Source of the DNA: Desulfobulbus sp.
GTDB lineage: Bacteria; Desulfobacterota; Desulfobulbia; Desulfobulbales; Desulfobulbaceae
Direction of reading: 5' to 3'
Length of the DNA stretch: 24,000 nucleotides
Assembly (NCBI GenBank): GCA_050252135.1
Contig: JBFWLN010000001.1
Location: forward strand, 341,721-365,720
Positions 8,455-16,244 of the stretch are shown here, piece after piece; within the stretch, counting starts at the first letter, position 1; each line of letters opens with the position of its first letter. Under the pieces are notes generated by a model, which saw only the letters and a program-made list of their open reading frames with translations, was not told the origin of the DNA and searched no databases. Made by a program: the position numbers and the translations under genes.

Positions 8455-8534
8455 TGGTGCCAATGTTTTCCCCGTTGTCGCTGCTGACCGTGGGCCCCGG
8501 CTTTTTTTCGGCCCCAAGGAGAGCAAAAAGAAAA

Positions 8535-9479
8535 ATGGAAATACTGATCATTGGCGCCGGAGCCATGGGGGGGCTGTTCGCCTCTTTGCTTGCGCCGCTG
8601 GCGAGCGTCTGCCTGATCACCACCAACACCGCCCACGCCGACGCCATCAACCAGAGCGGATTTCTGCTGACCGAATTGGACGGGAACACCACCTCGGTCT
8701 CCGTCCGCGCCATCAGCCAGCCAGCACTCTATCACCAACGGGCCGACCTGATTCTGATCTGCACCAAAGCCGGAGCCACAGAAGCGGCTGCTCATACCGC
8801 CAAGGCAGTTTTGGCCGATAGAGGACTGGTTCTCACCCTGCAAAACGGACTGGGCAACCTGGAACGGATCGGGGCCGTGGTCGGGCCACAGCGAGCGACT
8901 GCCGGGACCACCGCCCAGGCAGCCACCCTGCTCGGGCCCGGACACATCAGGCATGCGGGCCAAGGCTCTACCGTTTTAGCTCCAGCCAGGGGATTTCCCG
9001 ACCAGGGGCGAAAGCTAATACCCATTGCCGAGCTTTTTAACCGGGCCGGCATTATAACCAGCATCACCGAGGATATCGATGCACTGCTCTGGTCAAAACT
9101 AATCGTCAATGTCGGTATCAACGCCCTCACTGCCCTGCTGCGAATCCCCAATGGCGCTTTGCTCCTGTCTCCGGCCAGCGAACAGCTGATGTTCGAGGCT
9201 GTGGACGAGGCCCTTGCCGTGGCCAAGGTTCTCAAAATCAACATCGATTTTGATATTCAGCAGGAGCGGGTCCGCCAGGTCTGCGAACTGACCCGCAACA
9301 ACCGCGCCTCCATGCTCCAAGATATCCTTCGAGGTCGGCCCACGGAGATCGATGTCATCAACGGCACCATCGTCGCCAAAGGCATTGAAGCCAGTATCCC
9401 CACCCCTGTCAACCAAACGCTGACCCGGTTAATCAAGGCCCTGGAATCCACCTCCGCGCAACGGATCGACGCAGTTTAA
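8535..9479 (+). CDS. panE: 2-dehydropantoate 2-reductase (ketopantoate reductase, ApbA/PanE family)
   Basis: Start at ATG 8535 with AAGGAGAG RBS. MEILIIGAGAMGGLFASLL Rossmann motif. Family-like C-terminus (NNRASMLQDILRGRPTEIDVINGTIV). Confidence 0.85.
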   Translation: MEILIIGAGAMGGLFASLLAPLASVCLITTNTAHADAINQSGFLLTELDGNTTSVSVRAISQPALYHQRADLILICTKAGATEAAAHTAKAVLADRGLVLTLQNGLGNLERIGAVVGPQRATAGTTAQAATLLGPGHIRHAGQGSTVLAPARGFPDQGRKLIPIAELFNRAGIITSITEDIDALLWSKLIVNVGINALTALLRIPNGALLLSPASEQLMFEAVDEALAVAKVLKINIDFDIQQERVRQVCELTRNNRASMLQDILRGRPTEIDVINGTIVAKGIEASIPTPVNQTLTRLIKALESTSAQRIDAV

Positions 9480-9512
9480 CCCATTGGCAGCCCCTCTTTT
9501 TAAGGAGAATTC

Positions 9513-10355
9513 ATGCAACCCAAAAAGCTGACCATCCCTGATATCAGAAACCGCAAAAACGACACCCCGATCGCCGAGCTGACCGCCTATGATTATCCCT
9601 GGGCCAAGGTTGCAGATACCGCCGGGATCGATGTCGTACTGGTGGGAGACAGTCTGGGCATGGTGGTGCTGGGCTATACGGATACGGTTTCCGTGACCAT
9701 GGAGGAGATGATTCACCACACCAAGGCGGTGGTCCGCGGGGTGGAACGGGCCCTGGTGATAACCGACATGCCTTTTGGTTCCTACAACAGCTCGATTCCA
9801 GCGGCGATCAACAACGCCAACCGTATTCTCAAGGAAGGGCGGGCCGATGCGGTGAAGCTCGAGGGTGGGGTCTCCATGGCCGGAACCGTGGCAGCCATCG
9901 TCAATGCCGGGATTCCGGTGCAGGGACATATCGGCCTCACCCCGCAAACCGCGACCGGCCTCGGCGGCTTCAAGGTCCAGGGGAAAAGCGCTCAGGCGGC
10001 CAAACAGCTGCTCGACGATGCCAAAGCCCTGGAGGATGCAGGTTGTTTTTCCATAGTCCTTGAGGCCATCCCCGCTCCCCTGGCCGAGCGTATCACCCAG
10101 GCCATCTCCATTCCGACCATCGGCATCGGCGCCGGCCCCAACTGTGACGGCCAGGTGCTGGTGATTCACGACCTGGTGGGGTTATACGACCGTTTCACCC
10201 CAAAATTCGTCAAACAGTACGCCAATATCAACGAACCGATCCTGGAGGCCCTGCGCCAGTACAAGGCCGAGGTGGAGAACCGCACCTTTCCCACCGAGGC
10301 CCACAGCTTTACCATGAAATCAGAAGAACTGGACAAACTGCTCCAGCTCTACTGA
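9513..10355 (+). CDS. panB: 3-methyl-2-oxobutanoate hydroxymethyltransferase
   Basis: 280 aa with AAGGAGA RBS. Motifs: ELTAYDYPWA, VVLVGDSLGMVVLGY, DAVKLEGG, PTIGIGAG..CDGQVLV. Confidence 0.93.
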   Translation: MQPKKLTIPDIRNRKNDTPIAELTAYDYPWAKVADTAGIDVVLVGDSLGMVVLGYTDTVSVTMEEMIHHTKAVVRGVERALVITDMPFGSYNSSIPAAINNANRILKEGRADAVKLEGGVSMAGTVAAIVNAGIPVQGHIGLTPQTATGLGGFKVQGKSAQAAKQLLDDAKALEDAGCFSIVLEAIPAPLAERITQAISIPTIGIGAGPNCDGQVLVIHDLVGLYDRFTPKFVKQYANINEPILEALRQYKAEVENRTFPTEAHSFTMKSEELDKLLQLY

Positions 10356-10416
10356 TCCATATGGCTGGACCACCTAATCCAGCCACCTTCCAATAGAGGA
10401 AGAGGCCTCTGGGAGG

Positions 10417-11649
10417 TTAGGGTTGAAGCACAAAGGTGCCTGCCTTGACCTCCTGATCAATATCCGTCAGGGCTCGCTTCATCTGCTTAAGCGCCTGACG
10501 GATGCGGTTTTCATTTTCCACCAGGGCCAGACGGAGGTAACCGTCACCTTCCTCGCCGAAACCGGCACCAGGTGCCAGGGCAACGTTGGCTCGGTTCATC
10601 ATCTCAATCGAGAATTTCACCGACCCCATGTGGTTGTACGGCTCAGGAATTTTCACCCACAAGAACATACCGGCCTTGGGTATCTCCACCTCCCATCCCA
10701 TACGCATGAGTCCCTCGCAGAGCACATCCCGCCGTTTCTGGTAGATCGCGACCTGTTCGAGAATGGTATCGTCGCAGTCGCGCATGGCCACGATGCCAGC
10801 CACCTGGATTGCCGAGAAGATACCGTAATCATAATAGCCCTTGATCTTGGACAACCCGCCGACCATCTCCTTATTGCCCACGCAGTAACCAAGACGCCAG
10901 CCCGCCATGTTGTAGGATTTGGAAAAGGAGCCGAACTCAACCCCCACATCCAGGCCTCCGGGAATCTCCAAAAGCGAGGGGGCGACGGCTCCGTCGTAGG
11001 TGATTTGAGCGTAGGCGAAATCGTTGATGACCATGAAATTGAACCGCTTGGCCAGCTTGACCATTTCGACAAAGAACTCCCGGGTGGCCAGGGTGCCGGT
11101 GGGGTTATGCGGGTAGTTGAGCATCACCAGTTTGGGCCGGGGATAGAGAGATTGACACATTGAACTCACCTGCCGCAGAAACTCCTCCTCCGACCCCAGA
11201 GGAAACCGGATGACACTGGCCCCGGCAATGACAGCCGCGTAGACATGGATCGGAAAAAAGGGTGAGGGCACCAGGACCGTGTCCCCAGGCCCGAGCAGGG
11301 CCAGGCAGAGATGGGAGATTCCCTCCTTGGAGCCGATGGTACAGATGACATCATCCTCGCCGTTGAGTTCCACTCCGTACTTGCGCTTGTAATAAAGGGC
11401 TATTTCCCGTTTGAGATTCTTCATCCCACCGGCGGCCGGATAGCGGTGGGTTTTAGGGTCGACCGCAACTTCACAGAGTTTTTCGGTGACCCGGTTAGGC
11501 GTGGGATCCATGGGATTGCCCATACCCAGATCGATAACATCGATCCCTTGCCAACGCTTTTCCATCTTTATTTTGTTTATCATTCCGAACAGATACGGCG
11601 GAAGCTGCTGCATTCGCTCGGCGAAACGGATGGTAACCTCGTTATTCAT
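10417..11649 (-). CDS. alaC: class-I PLP aminotransferase, AlaC/YfdZ-like glutamate-pyruvate transaminase
   Basis: Start at ATG 11649 with AGGAGAG RBS. It aligns from memory along its whole length with E. coli AlaC (LPPYLF, DLGMGNP, ICTIGSKEG, LVPSPFFPIHVY, SFSKSYNMAGWRLGY PLP-lysine motif). Confidence 0.8.
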   Translation of the reverse strand: MNNEVTIRFAERMQQLPPYLFGMINKIKMEKRWQGIDVIDLGMGNPMDPTPNRVTEKLCEVAVDPKTHRYPAAGGMKNLKREIALYYKRKYGVELNGEDDVICTIGSKEGISHLCLALLGPGDTVLVPSPFFPIHVYAAVIAGASVIRFPLGSEEEFLRQVSSMCQSLYPRPKLVMLNYPHNPTGTLATREFFVEMVKLAKRFNFMVINDFAYAQITYDGAVAPSLLEIPGGLDVGVEFGSFSKSYNMAGWRLGYCVGNKEMVGGLSKIKGYYDYGIFSAIQVAGIVAMRDCDDTILEQVAIYQKRRDVLCEGLMRMGWEVEIPKAGMFLWVKIPEPYNHMGSVKFSIEMMNRANVALAPGAGFGEEGDGYLRLALVENENRIRQALKQMKRALTDIDQEVKAGTFVLQP

Positions 11650-11740
11650 GACGCTCTCCTGCAATAGTCGTTAGGCCATGGCTGACGCGGCCGGCTTTTC
11701 CGGACAACCAAAAAAAAGCCTGAACCATGCGGCCCAGGCG

Positions 11741-11780
11741 AAAAAAAAAACGCCATGGGCCGGTGTTCCAGTCCATGGCG
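11741..11780 (-). terminator. rho-independent terminator downstream of ilvN
   Basis: On the minus strand: CGCCATGG, 14-nt loop, CCATGGCG, then T10 (A-run 11741-11750 on plus). A weaker second hairpin plus T8 follows at 11710-11739. Confidence 0.7.
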
Positions 11781-11972
11781 AAGTATGCAAAACGGTTTTT
11801 AAATATTATGCAACCGGTCGCCAATGAACTGAGTCCATCGCCGCCGCTGCCGCGATCAATCTATACATACAGAGATCCGGTGGTGTCCTTGAAAGAAAGA
11901 GTTGTTAATGCATCAGTAGTAGCGACAAACACCGTTCTTGTCAACTGCGGCCTGGAGGGATTCAGGTGAAAT

Positions 11973-12299
11973 TCACACCACCCGCTCCATCATCATCTCC
12001 ATTTCCCGAATTTTGGTCCGGGCATCGTTGCGCTCCTCCACCACAAGCACATCCTCCAGCTTGGCCAGTTGCTTCACCACCTGCTCGAGTTTATCGGTTT
12101 CATCGACCTTGAGCCAGATACAGCTGGTCTCCCCTTGACCGGTGGCATTACAGAAAATGCCCTCCATGTTAAAGGCACGCCGGGCAAAGAGGCCGCAGAT
12201 CTGGGACATCACCCCGGGATGGTTGTTCACTTGCAGACGAAGAATAGTGGTGTGCATGGGCATGGTCTCCATGGGGCTGTTGGTATTAGTTTTGTGCAT
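11973..12299 (-). CDS. ilvN: acetolactate synthase small (regulatory) subunit, short IlvN/AHAS-I type
   Basis: ACT-domain sequence ILRLQVNNHPGVMSQICGLFARRAFNMEGIFC...LEQVVKQLAKLEDV is close to E. coli IlvN. ATG 12299 is preceded by GGAG and overlaps the ilvB 3' end by 14 nt. Confidence 0.88.
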   Translation of the reverse strand: MHKTNTNSPMETMPMHTTILRLQVNNHPGVMSQICGLFARRAFNMEGIFCNATGQGETSCIWLKVDETDKLEQVVKQLAKLEDVLVVEERNDARTKIREMEMMMERVV

Positions 12300-13968
12300 G
12301 ATGGTCTCCGATCATGGTGGTGTTGGCCGCTCCGGGGGGGACCATGGGGGTTACCTCTTCCTCGATATCCATCGGGATATGGATCAGACAAGGGCCGGGA
12401 TAGCGCATGGCCTCGGCAAGCGCCCTATCCGGATCGGACGCGGTGCCCAGATCATAGGCCTGCATGCCGAAACCACGGGCAATGGCGGCAAAGTCGATCT
12501 TGATCCCGTAGGAGGAGGCAAAATAGTGGCGCTCGTAAAAAAGCCGCTGCTGCTGGCGAACCAGGCCCAGACTTTGGTTATTGAAAACTACAATCTTGAT
12601 CGGGACCTGCTGCTCAACCGCAGTGGCCAGTTCCTGGATATTCATCTGCAGGCTGCCGTCCCCGGTGAAGCAGACCACCGCCCTCCCGGGATGGGCCAGG
12701 GCCGCACCAATGGCCGCCGGCATACCAAAGCCCATGGTCCCCAGCCCGCCCGAGGTCAGCAGTTGCCGTGGAAAAGTGAAGGGATAGGCCTGGGCCACCC
12801 ACATCTGGTGCTTGCCAACATCGGTGCTGACAAGGGCATCGGCCCCGGCCAGTTCCGCCACTTTCCGGATATAAGTAAAGGGTCTGCCGGGCAAGAAATC
12901 ATCGGCATGGTAACGGGGAAAATCCTGTTGCAGCTGAAGAATACGGTCCTTCCACTCCTGTCGCGATTGTGAATCCACCTTGGCCAGGAGGGTTGCAAAG
13001 GCTGTGCGGACATCGGCGGTGATCCCCGCATCGGCTGAGCGTAATTTACCGATCTCACTGGCATCGATGTCCACATGAATAACCTTGGCCTTGGGACAAA
13101 ACGCACTGATCAGACCGGTCGCACGATCATCGAAACGTACGCCCGCAGCAATCAGCAAGTCGCACTCGGCCATGGCCAGATTGGTGGCACGAGTGGCATG
13201 CATCCCCAACATGCCCAAGGAAAGAGGGTGGTCGGTGGGCATGATCCCCAGCCCCATCAGGGTCATAACCGTGGGTATATTGCCCTGCTCGGCCAGCTCT
13301 CGAGCCTCAACTGCAGCACCGGCATGGATAACCCCGCCGCCCAGATAGAGGATCGGCCGTTCGGCATTGTTGATCATGGTTGCAGCCGTTGCGATGTCCT
13401 CGGCATGTCCGTCCTTATTTTCTTCGCGGCTGAACTCTTCCGGCCAGGACTCGAATTCGAGGATCTCCGTCTGCACATTTTTCGGCACATCGATCAGGAC
13501 CGGCCCGGGACGTCCGCTTCCTGCCAGATAAAAGGCTCGAGGCAGGATAGTCAGCAATTCCTGCGCTGAGCGAACCAGATAGTTGTGCTTGGTAACGGGC
13601 AGGGACATACCGTAGGTGTCAACTTCCTGGAAGGCATCGGTGCCCAACAAGGTGCTCGGAACCTGGCCGGTGATGCAGACAACGGGAACGGAGTCCAGAT
13701 AGGCATCGGCCAGGGCGGTGAGAATATTAGTGGCACCTGGGCCGGAGGTGGCGAAGCAGACCCCGACCTCACCGGTTGAGCGGGCCATGCCCTGGGCAAT
13801 GAAGCCTGCGCCCTGCTCGTGGCGGGCCAGTACGTGGCGGAGGGACGAGTTGGTGGCTAGGGCGTCGTAGATAGGCAGATTGGCACCACCCGGGATACCG
13901 CTGATAGTACGAATACCTCGTCTTTCCAAATAACGAATGATGATCTGGGCGCCGTTGAGTCTTGGCAT
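12286..13968 (-). CDS. ilvB: acetolactate synthase large (catalytic) subunit, biosynthetic type
   Basis: 560 aa with AAGGAGG RBS. ThDP enzyme motifs: HEQGAGFIAQGMARSTG, GPGATN, and GDGSLQMNIQELAT...NN ThDP-binding fold. Confidence 0.95.
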   Translation of the reverse strand: MPRLNGAQIIIRYLERRGIRTISGIPGGANLPIYDALATNSSLRHVLARHEQGAGFIAQGMARSTGEVGVCFATSGPGATNILTALADAYLDSVPVVCITGQVPSTLLGTDAFQEVDTYGMSLPVTKHNYLVRSAQELLTILPRAFYLAGSGRPGPVLIDVPKNVQTEILEFESWPEEFSREENKDGHAEDIATAATMINNAERPILYLGGGVIHAGAAVEARELAEQGNIPTVMTLMGLGIMPTDHPLSLGMLGMHATRATNLAMAECDLLIAAGVRFDDRATGLISAFCPKAKVIHVDIDASEIGKLRSADAGITADVRTAFATLLAKVDSQSRQEWKDRILQLQQDFPRYHADDFLPGRPFTYIRKVAELAGADALVSTDVGKHQMWVAQAYPFTFPRQLLTSGGLGTMGFGMPAAIGAALAHPGRAVVCFTGDGSLQMNIQELATAVEQQVPIKIVVFNNQSLGLVRQQQRLFYERHYFASSYGIKIDFAAIARGFGMQAYDLGTASDPDRALAEAMRYPGPCLIHIPMDIEEEVTPMVPPGAANTTMIGDHHAQN

Positions 13969-14006
13969 GGTCTGTTCCTCCTTTGGTGTGAGTGTCGCGT
14001 AAGGGC

Positions 14007-14041
14007 AAAAAAAAACCCCCGTCGGCAGGCGCCGACGGGGG
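14007..14041 (-). terminator. attenuator terminator between the ilv leader peptide and ilvB
   Basis: Minus-strand RNA: CCCCCGUCGGC-GCCU-GCCGACGGGGG (11-bp stem) followed by U9. It lies 28 nt after the leader stop and 38 nt before the ilvB ATG. Confidence 0.85.
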
Positions 14042-14069
14042 TTGAATTCACTTGTGTAAACGTTTCCCG

Positions 14070-14168
14070 CTAAGGCGCCTCGAACCGTGCACGCACCACG
14101 ACCACCACACTCACGACCACGAGTGCGAGGGAAACGATGATGTTGCTGATACTGGATACGGTTTTCAT
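14070..14168 (-). CDS. ivbL: ilvBN leader peptide (32 aa, Val/Ile/Leu-rich)
   Basis: Hand translation gives MKTVSSISNIIVSLALVVVSVVVVVRARFEAP, with 10 Val, 3 Ile and 2 Leu. It sits between a candidate promoter and the terminator. Its C-terminal half resembles E. coli IvbL (AAVVVVRVVVVVGNAP). Confidence 0.8.
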   Translation of the reverse strand: MKTVSSISNIIVSLALVVVSVVVVVRARFEAP

Positions 14169-14180
14169 GGTTGCCTAAAC

Positions 14181-14194
14181 GGAATTATAATTCC
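14181..14194. repeat. perfect 14-bp palindrome GGAATTATAATTCC in the ilv leader 5' region
   Basis: Exact self-complementary sequence 13-26 nt upstream of the leader ATG. It contains TATAAT on both strands. Confidence 0.6.
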
Positions 14195-14214
14195 CAGAGC
14201 GGGAATGATGATTC

Positions 14215-14243
14215 TTGATACCCAAGGTTAGCTTTTTCGTCAA
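14215..14243 (-). promoter_or_regulatory. candidate sigma70-type promoter for ivbL-ilvBN
   Basis: Minus strand: TTGACG (14243-14238), 17-nt spacer, TATCAA (14220-14215). Confidence 0.4.
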
Positions 14244-14298
14244 GAAGAATGTTTCCTAAAAAAAACAAATAATGTAACAACGGACCAAGATCCTGCTG

Positions 14299-14606
14299 AT
14301 CAAGCCGAATCAAGCCCTGTGTCCGGGCAGCTCCATGGCGAATCGGTACTCCTCCGTTGTGATTTCCCCGTCCAACTCCGGAAAACCACTCGCGCCCCGC
14401 CACGGGCGACAGCACTGCCCCAGAGGGTACAGTTGGGCAGCCCATGGCCTGCAGTTCAAGCATGCCCTCGACAGAATCGGTTCACCCGCCAGCCGGTCTA
14501 CCTGGCATTGTCGAGGGCAGAATGTGCAGGAGGTCAACAGCGCATGCGTGGTAGCAAACCGCAGCTGCAGCTTACCCGTATCCTGAAAGACTGAGCAGCT
14601 AGGATC
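14299..14606 (-). pseudogene. eroded remnant of a PflX-like (COG1313) radical-SAM gene
   Basis: Islands of family-like sequence occur in different frames. DTGKLQLRFATTHALLTSCTFCPRQCQVDRLAGE (14481-14579) continues as RFCRG after a 1-nt shift. MLELQAMGC is at 14437-14463. RPWRGASGFPELDGEITTEEYRFAMEL (14328-14408) shifts to ARTQGLIRLD (14299-14328). The CxxxCxxC radical-SAM core expected between the islands is missing. The span is about 0.3 kb, versus about 1 kb for an intact gene. Confidence 0.45.
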
Positions 14607-14944
14607 ATGAAGAGGCTCTCTAACAATTGAATAAAAACCGTAGGGCTCTCCAGCATGCAAACGCCCAAAAAACACAACGGAGAAAATAAACTGGCTCAAA
14701 CCAAGCCAGTGCATTACGTTATTCACATCTACCCACTGAACAACAGGAAATATCCATGCAACCGATTTCCTCTTTTCCTCAGGCAGCTTCTCCGAAACCT
14801 TCAGCCGTACCAACGCTGCAAGCGCACCTCACCGAGGCCCCCTGCTGAGGCCCGAAATCGGAGCCCCGGGCCGGGGTTCATGAACGTGCGGGCTATACCC
14901 TTTGTCCTTTTGTCTTAGGTTTTACCCAAACCCTGATTGGCCCG

Positions 14945-15928
14945 GTGCCGCAAATTGCCACAACACCAAATCGTCATGATATCTGGGGAACGATTGGTGC
15001 CCGCATCGGCCTCATCCGCAGTCATTATAGGGTTACTCCCGGTCTCTACGCCATAGGATCGCCAGCACCAGAGGATCCTGTCCTGGTCACGGCCAACTAC
15101 AAACTGTCCTTTGACGCCCTCCGCCACCAGCTTACCGGTGTCAATGCATGGATCATGGTGGTCGACACCCGAGGGATCAACGTCTGGTGTGCGGCAGGGA
15201 AAGGTAGTTTTTCTTCCCAGGAGGTCATCGAAAGTATCCAGCGGTTTCAGTTAGGTGAAATAGTTTGCCACCGCGAACTGATCCTGCCGCAACTGGCGGC
15301 AACCGGGGTTTCTGCTCAGGAGGTCAAAAAAGGTTGTGGCTGGTCCATACTTTTTGGCCCCATTCGTGCCTCAGACCTGCGCTGTTACCTCCAACACGGC
15401 AAGGTTGCCGACGAGACCATGCGCGAGGTCACTTTCACCCTCAAAGAACGCCTGGAACTCATTCCAGTGGAATTATTCCTGCTTGGCAAGCCGCTTTTCC
15501 TTCTTTTGCTGCTGGGTTTTGTCCTCTCAGGAATCGGGCCGAATATTTTTTCCTTGAGTAGTGCATGGCACAGAGGGTTGCTGTTTTTCGCTGCCACTCT
15601 CATGGGCATTATCAGCGGAGCCGTTGTCACCCCCGTGTTCCTTCCCTGGCTTCCCTGTCGTCAATTTTGGCTCAAGGGGGCATGGGCATCCTTGCCGGTT
15701 GTGGCCTGTGCGCATGCATTGTTTTCTGCCCTCTCTGGGGCAAATCAACTAGCCCTTTCCCTGTGGATCGTAACAATCAGCTCCTACTTAGCGATGAATT
15801 TCACCGGTTCCACCCCGTTTACCTCCCCTAGCGGGGTTGAGCGGGAAATGCGACGCGGCCTGCCGTGCCAAAGCTTTATTGCCCTGGCAGCATTGGGTCT
15901 TTGGCTGATGGCACCCTTTTGGACTTAA
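14945..15928 (+). CDS. hgcA: mercury methylation corrinoid protein HgcA
   Basis: 327 aa with a GTG start. The N-terminal domain has YRVTPGLYAIGSPAPEDPVLVTANYKLSFDALR and the cap-helix signature GINVWCAAGKGSF (Cys82, TGT 15188-15190). The C-terminal half has about five TM helices. Confidence 0.92.
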   Translation: MPQIATTPNRHDIWGTIGARIGLIRSHYRVTPGLYAIGSPAPEDPVLVTANYKLSFDALRHQLTGVNAWIMVVDTRGINVWCAAGKGSFSSQEVIESIQRFQLGEIVCHRELILPQLAATGVSAQEVKKGCGWSILFGPIRASDLRCYLQHGKVADETMREVTFTLKERLELIPVELFLLGKPLFLLLLLGFVLSGIGPNIFSLSSAWHRGLLFFAATLMGIISGAVVTPVFLPWLPCRQFWLKGAWASLPVVACAHALFSALSGANQLALSLWIVTISSYLAMNFTGSTPFTSPSGVEREMRRGLPCQSFIALAALGLWLMAPFWT

Positions 15929-15937
15929 GCGAAACAG

Positions 15938-16225
15938 ATGAAAGGATATCAATATCTTCGAGGAGTAGCCACTCTCCAGGTCTATCAAGAACGTTGCATT
16001 GGCTGCGGCGCCTGTGTTCAGGTGTGCCCGCACCGAATCTTGACCTTGACCGGAGGCAGGCTTGTGGTGCGAGAGAGGGACCTATGCATGGAATGCGGGG
16101 CCTGCGCCCGAAACTGCCCGACGGAGGCCGTCACGGTGACCCCGGGCGTGGGGTGCGCGATGGCCATCCTCGGAGCGTGGATAAATCGTTTTTTTGGCAG
16201 AAAGATGTTTTCCGATTGCTGTTAA
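15938..16225 (+). CDS. hgcB: mercury methylation ferredoxin HgcB (2[4Fe-4S])
   Basis: 95 aa, starting 9 nt after hgcA. Two CX2CX2CX3CP motifs (CIGCGACVQVCP, CMECGACARNCP), an extra Cys73 (GVGCA), and a C-terminal Cys94-Cys95 pair. Confidence 0.92.
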   Translation: MKGYQYLRGVATLQVYQERCIGCGACVQVCPHRILTLTGGRLVVRERDLCMECGACARNCPTEAVTVTPGVGCAMAILGAWINRFFGRKMFSDCC

Positions 16226-16244
16226 CAAGTGGGTATCCAACTCA

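Noticed and set aside
10362-10385. Hairpin TGGCTGGA-N8-TCCAGCCA between convergent panB and alaC
   Set aside because: This is a plausible bidirectional terminator position, but there is no U tract on either strand, so I did not call it as a terminator.
329-13569. Many long ORFs in the track run antisense to or overlap the called genes. Examples: 329-718+, 1753-2562+, 4116-5021+, 8219-8713-, 8448-8963-, 9429-10169-, 10423-11163+, 12142-12972+, 13075-13569+. The same applies to 19975-20601+ and 21496-21885-.
   Set aside because: Each lies opposite a gene with strong family motifs. Their translations are low-complexity, Arg/Gly/Pro-rich or otherwise unlike real proteins, and they lack RBSs. They are typical shadow ORFs.
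14310-14918. ORFs 14310-14813 (-, 167 aa) and 14655-14918 (+, 87 aa) as intact genes
   Set aside because: The minus ORF is a chimera of frameshifted PflX-like fragments plus unrelated N-terminal sequence. The plus ORF is highly basic, low-complexity and has no RBS.
14820-14944. Cobalamin riboswitch upstream of the corrinoid protein gene hgcA
   Set aside because: I found no B12-box-like core (GCCACTG-type element) or the expected conserved stems. Only GC-rich short repeats are present (GAGGCCC twice, CCCCGGGCCGGGG).
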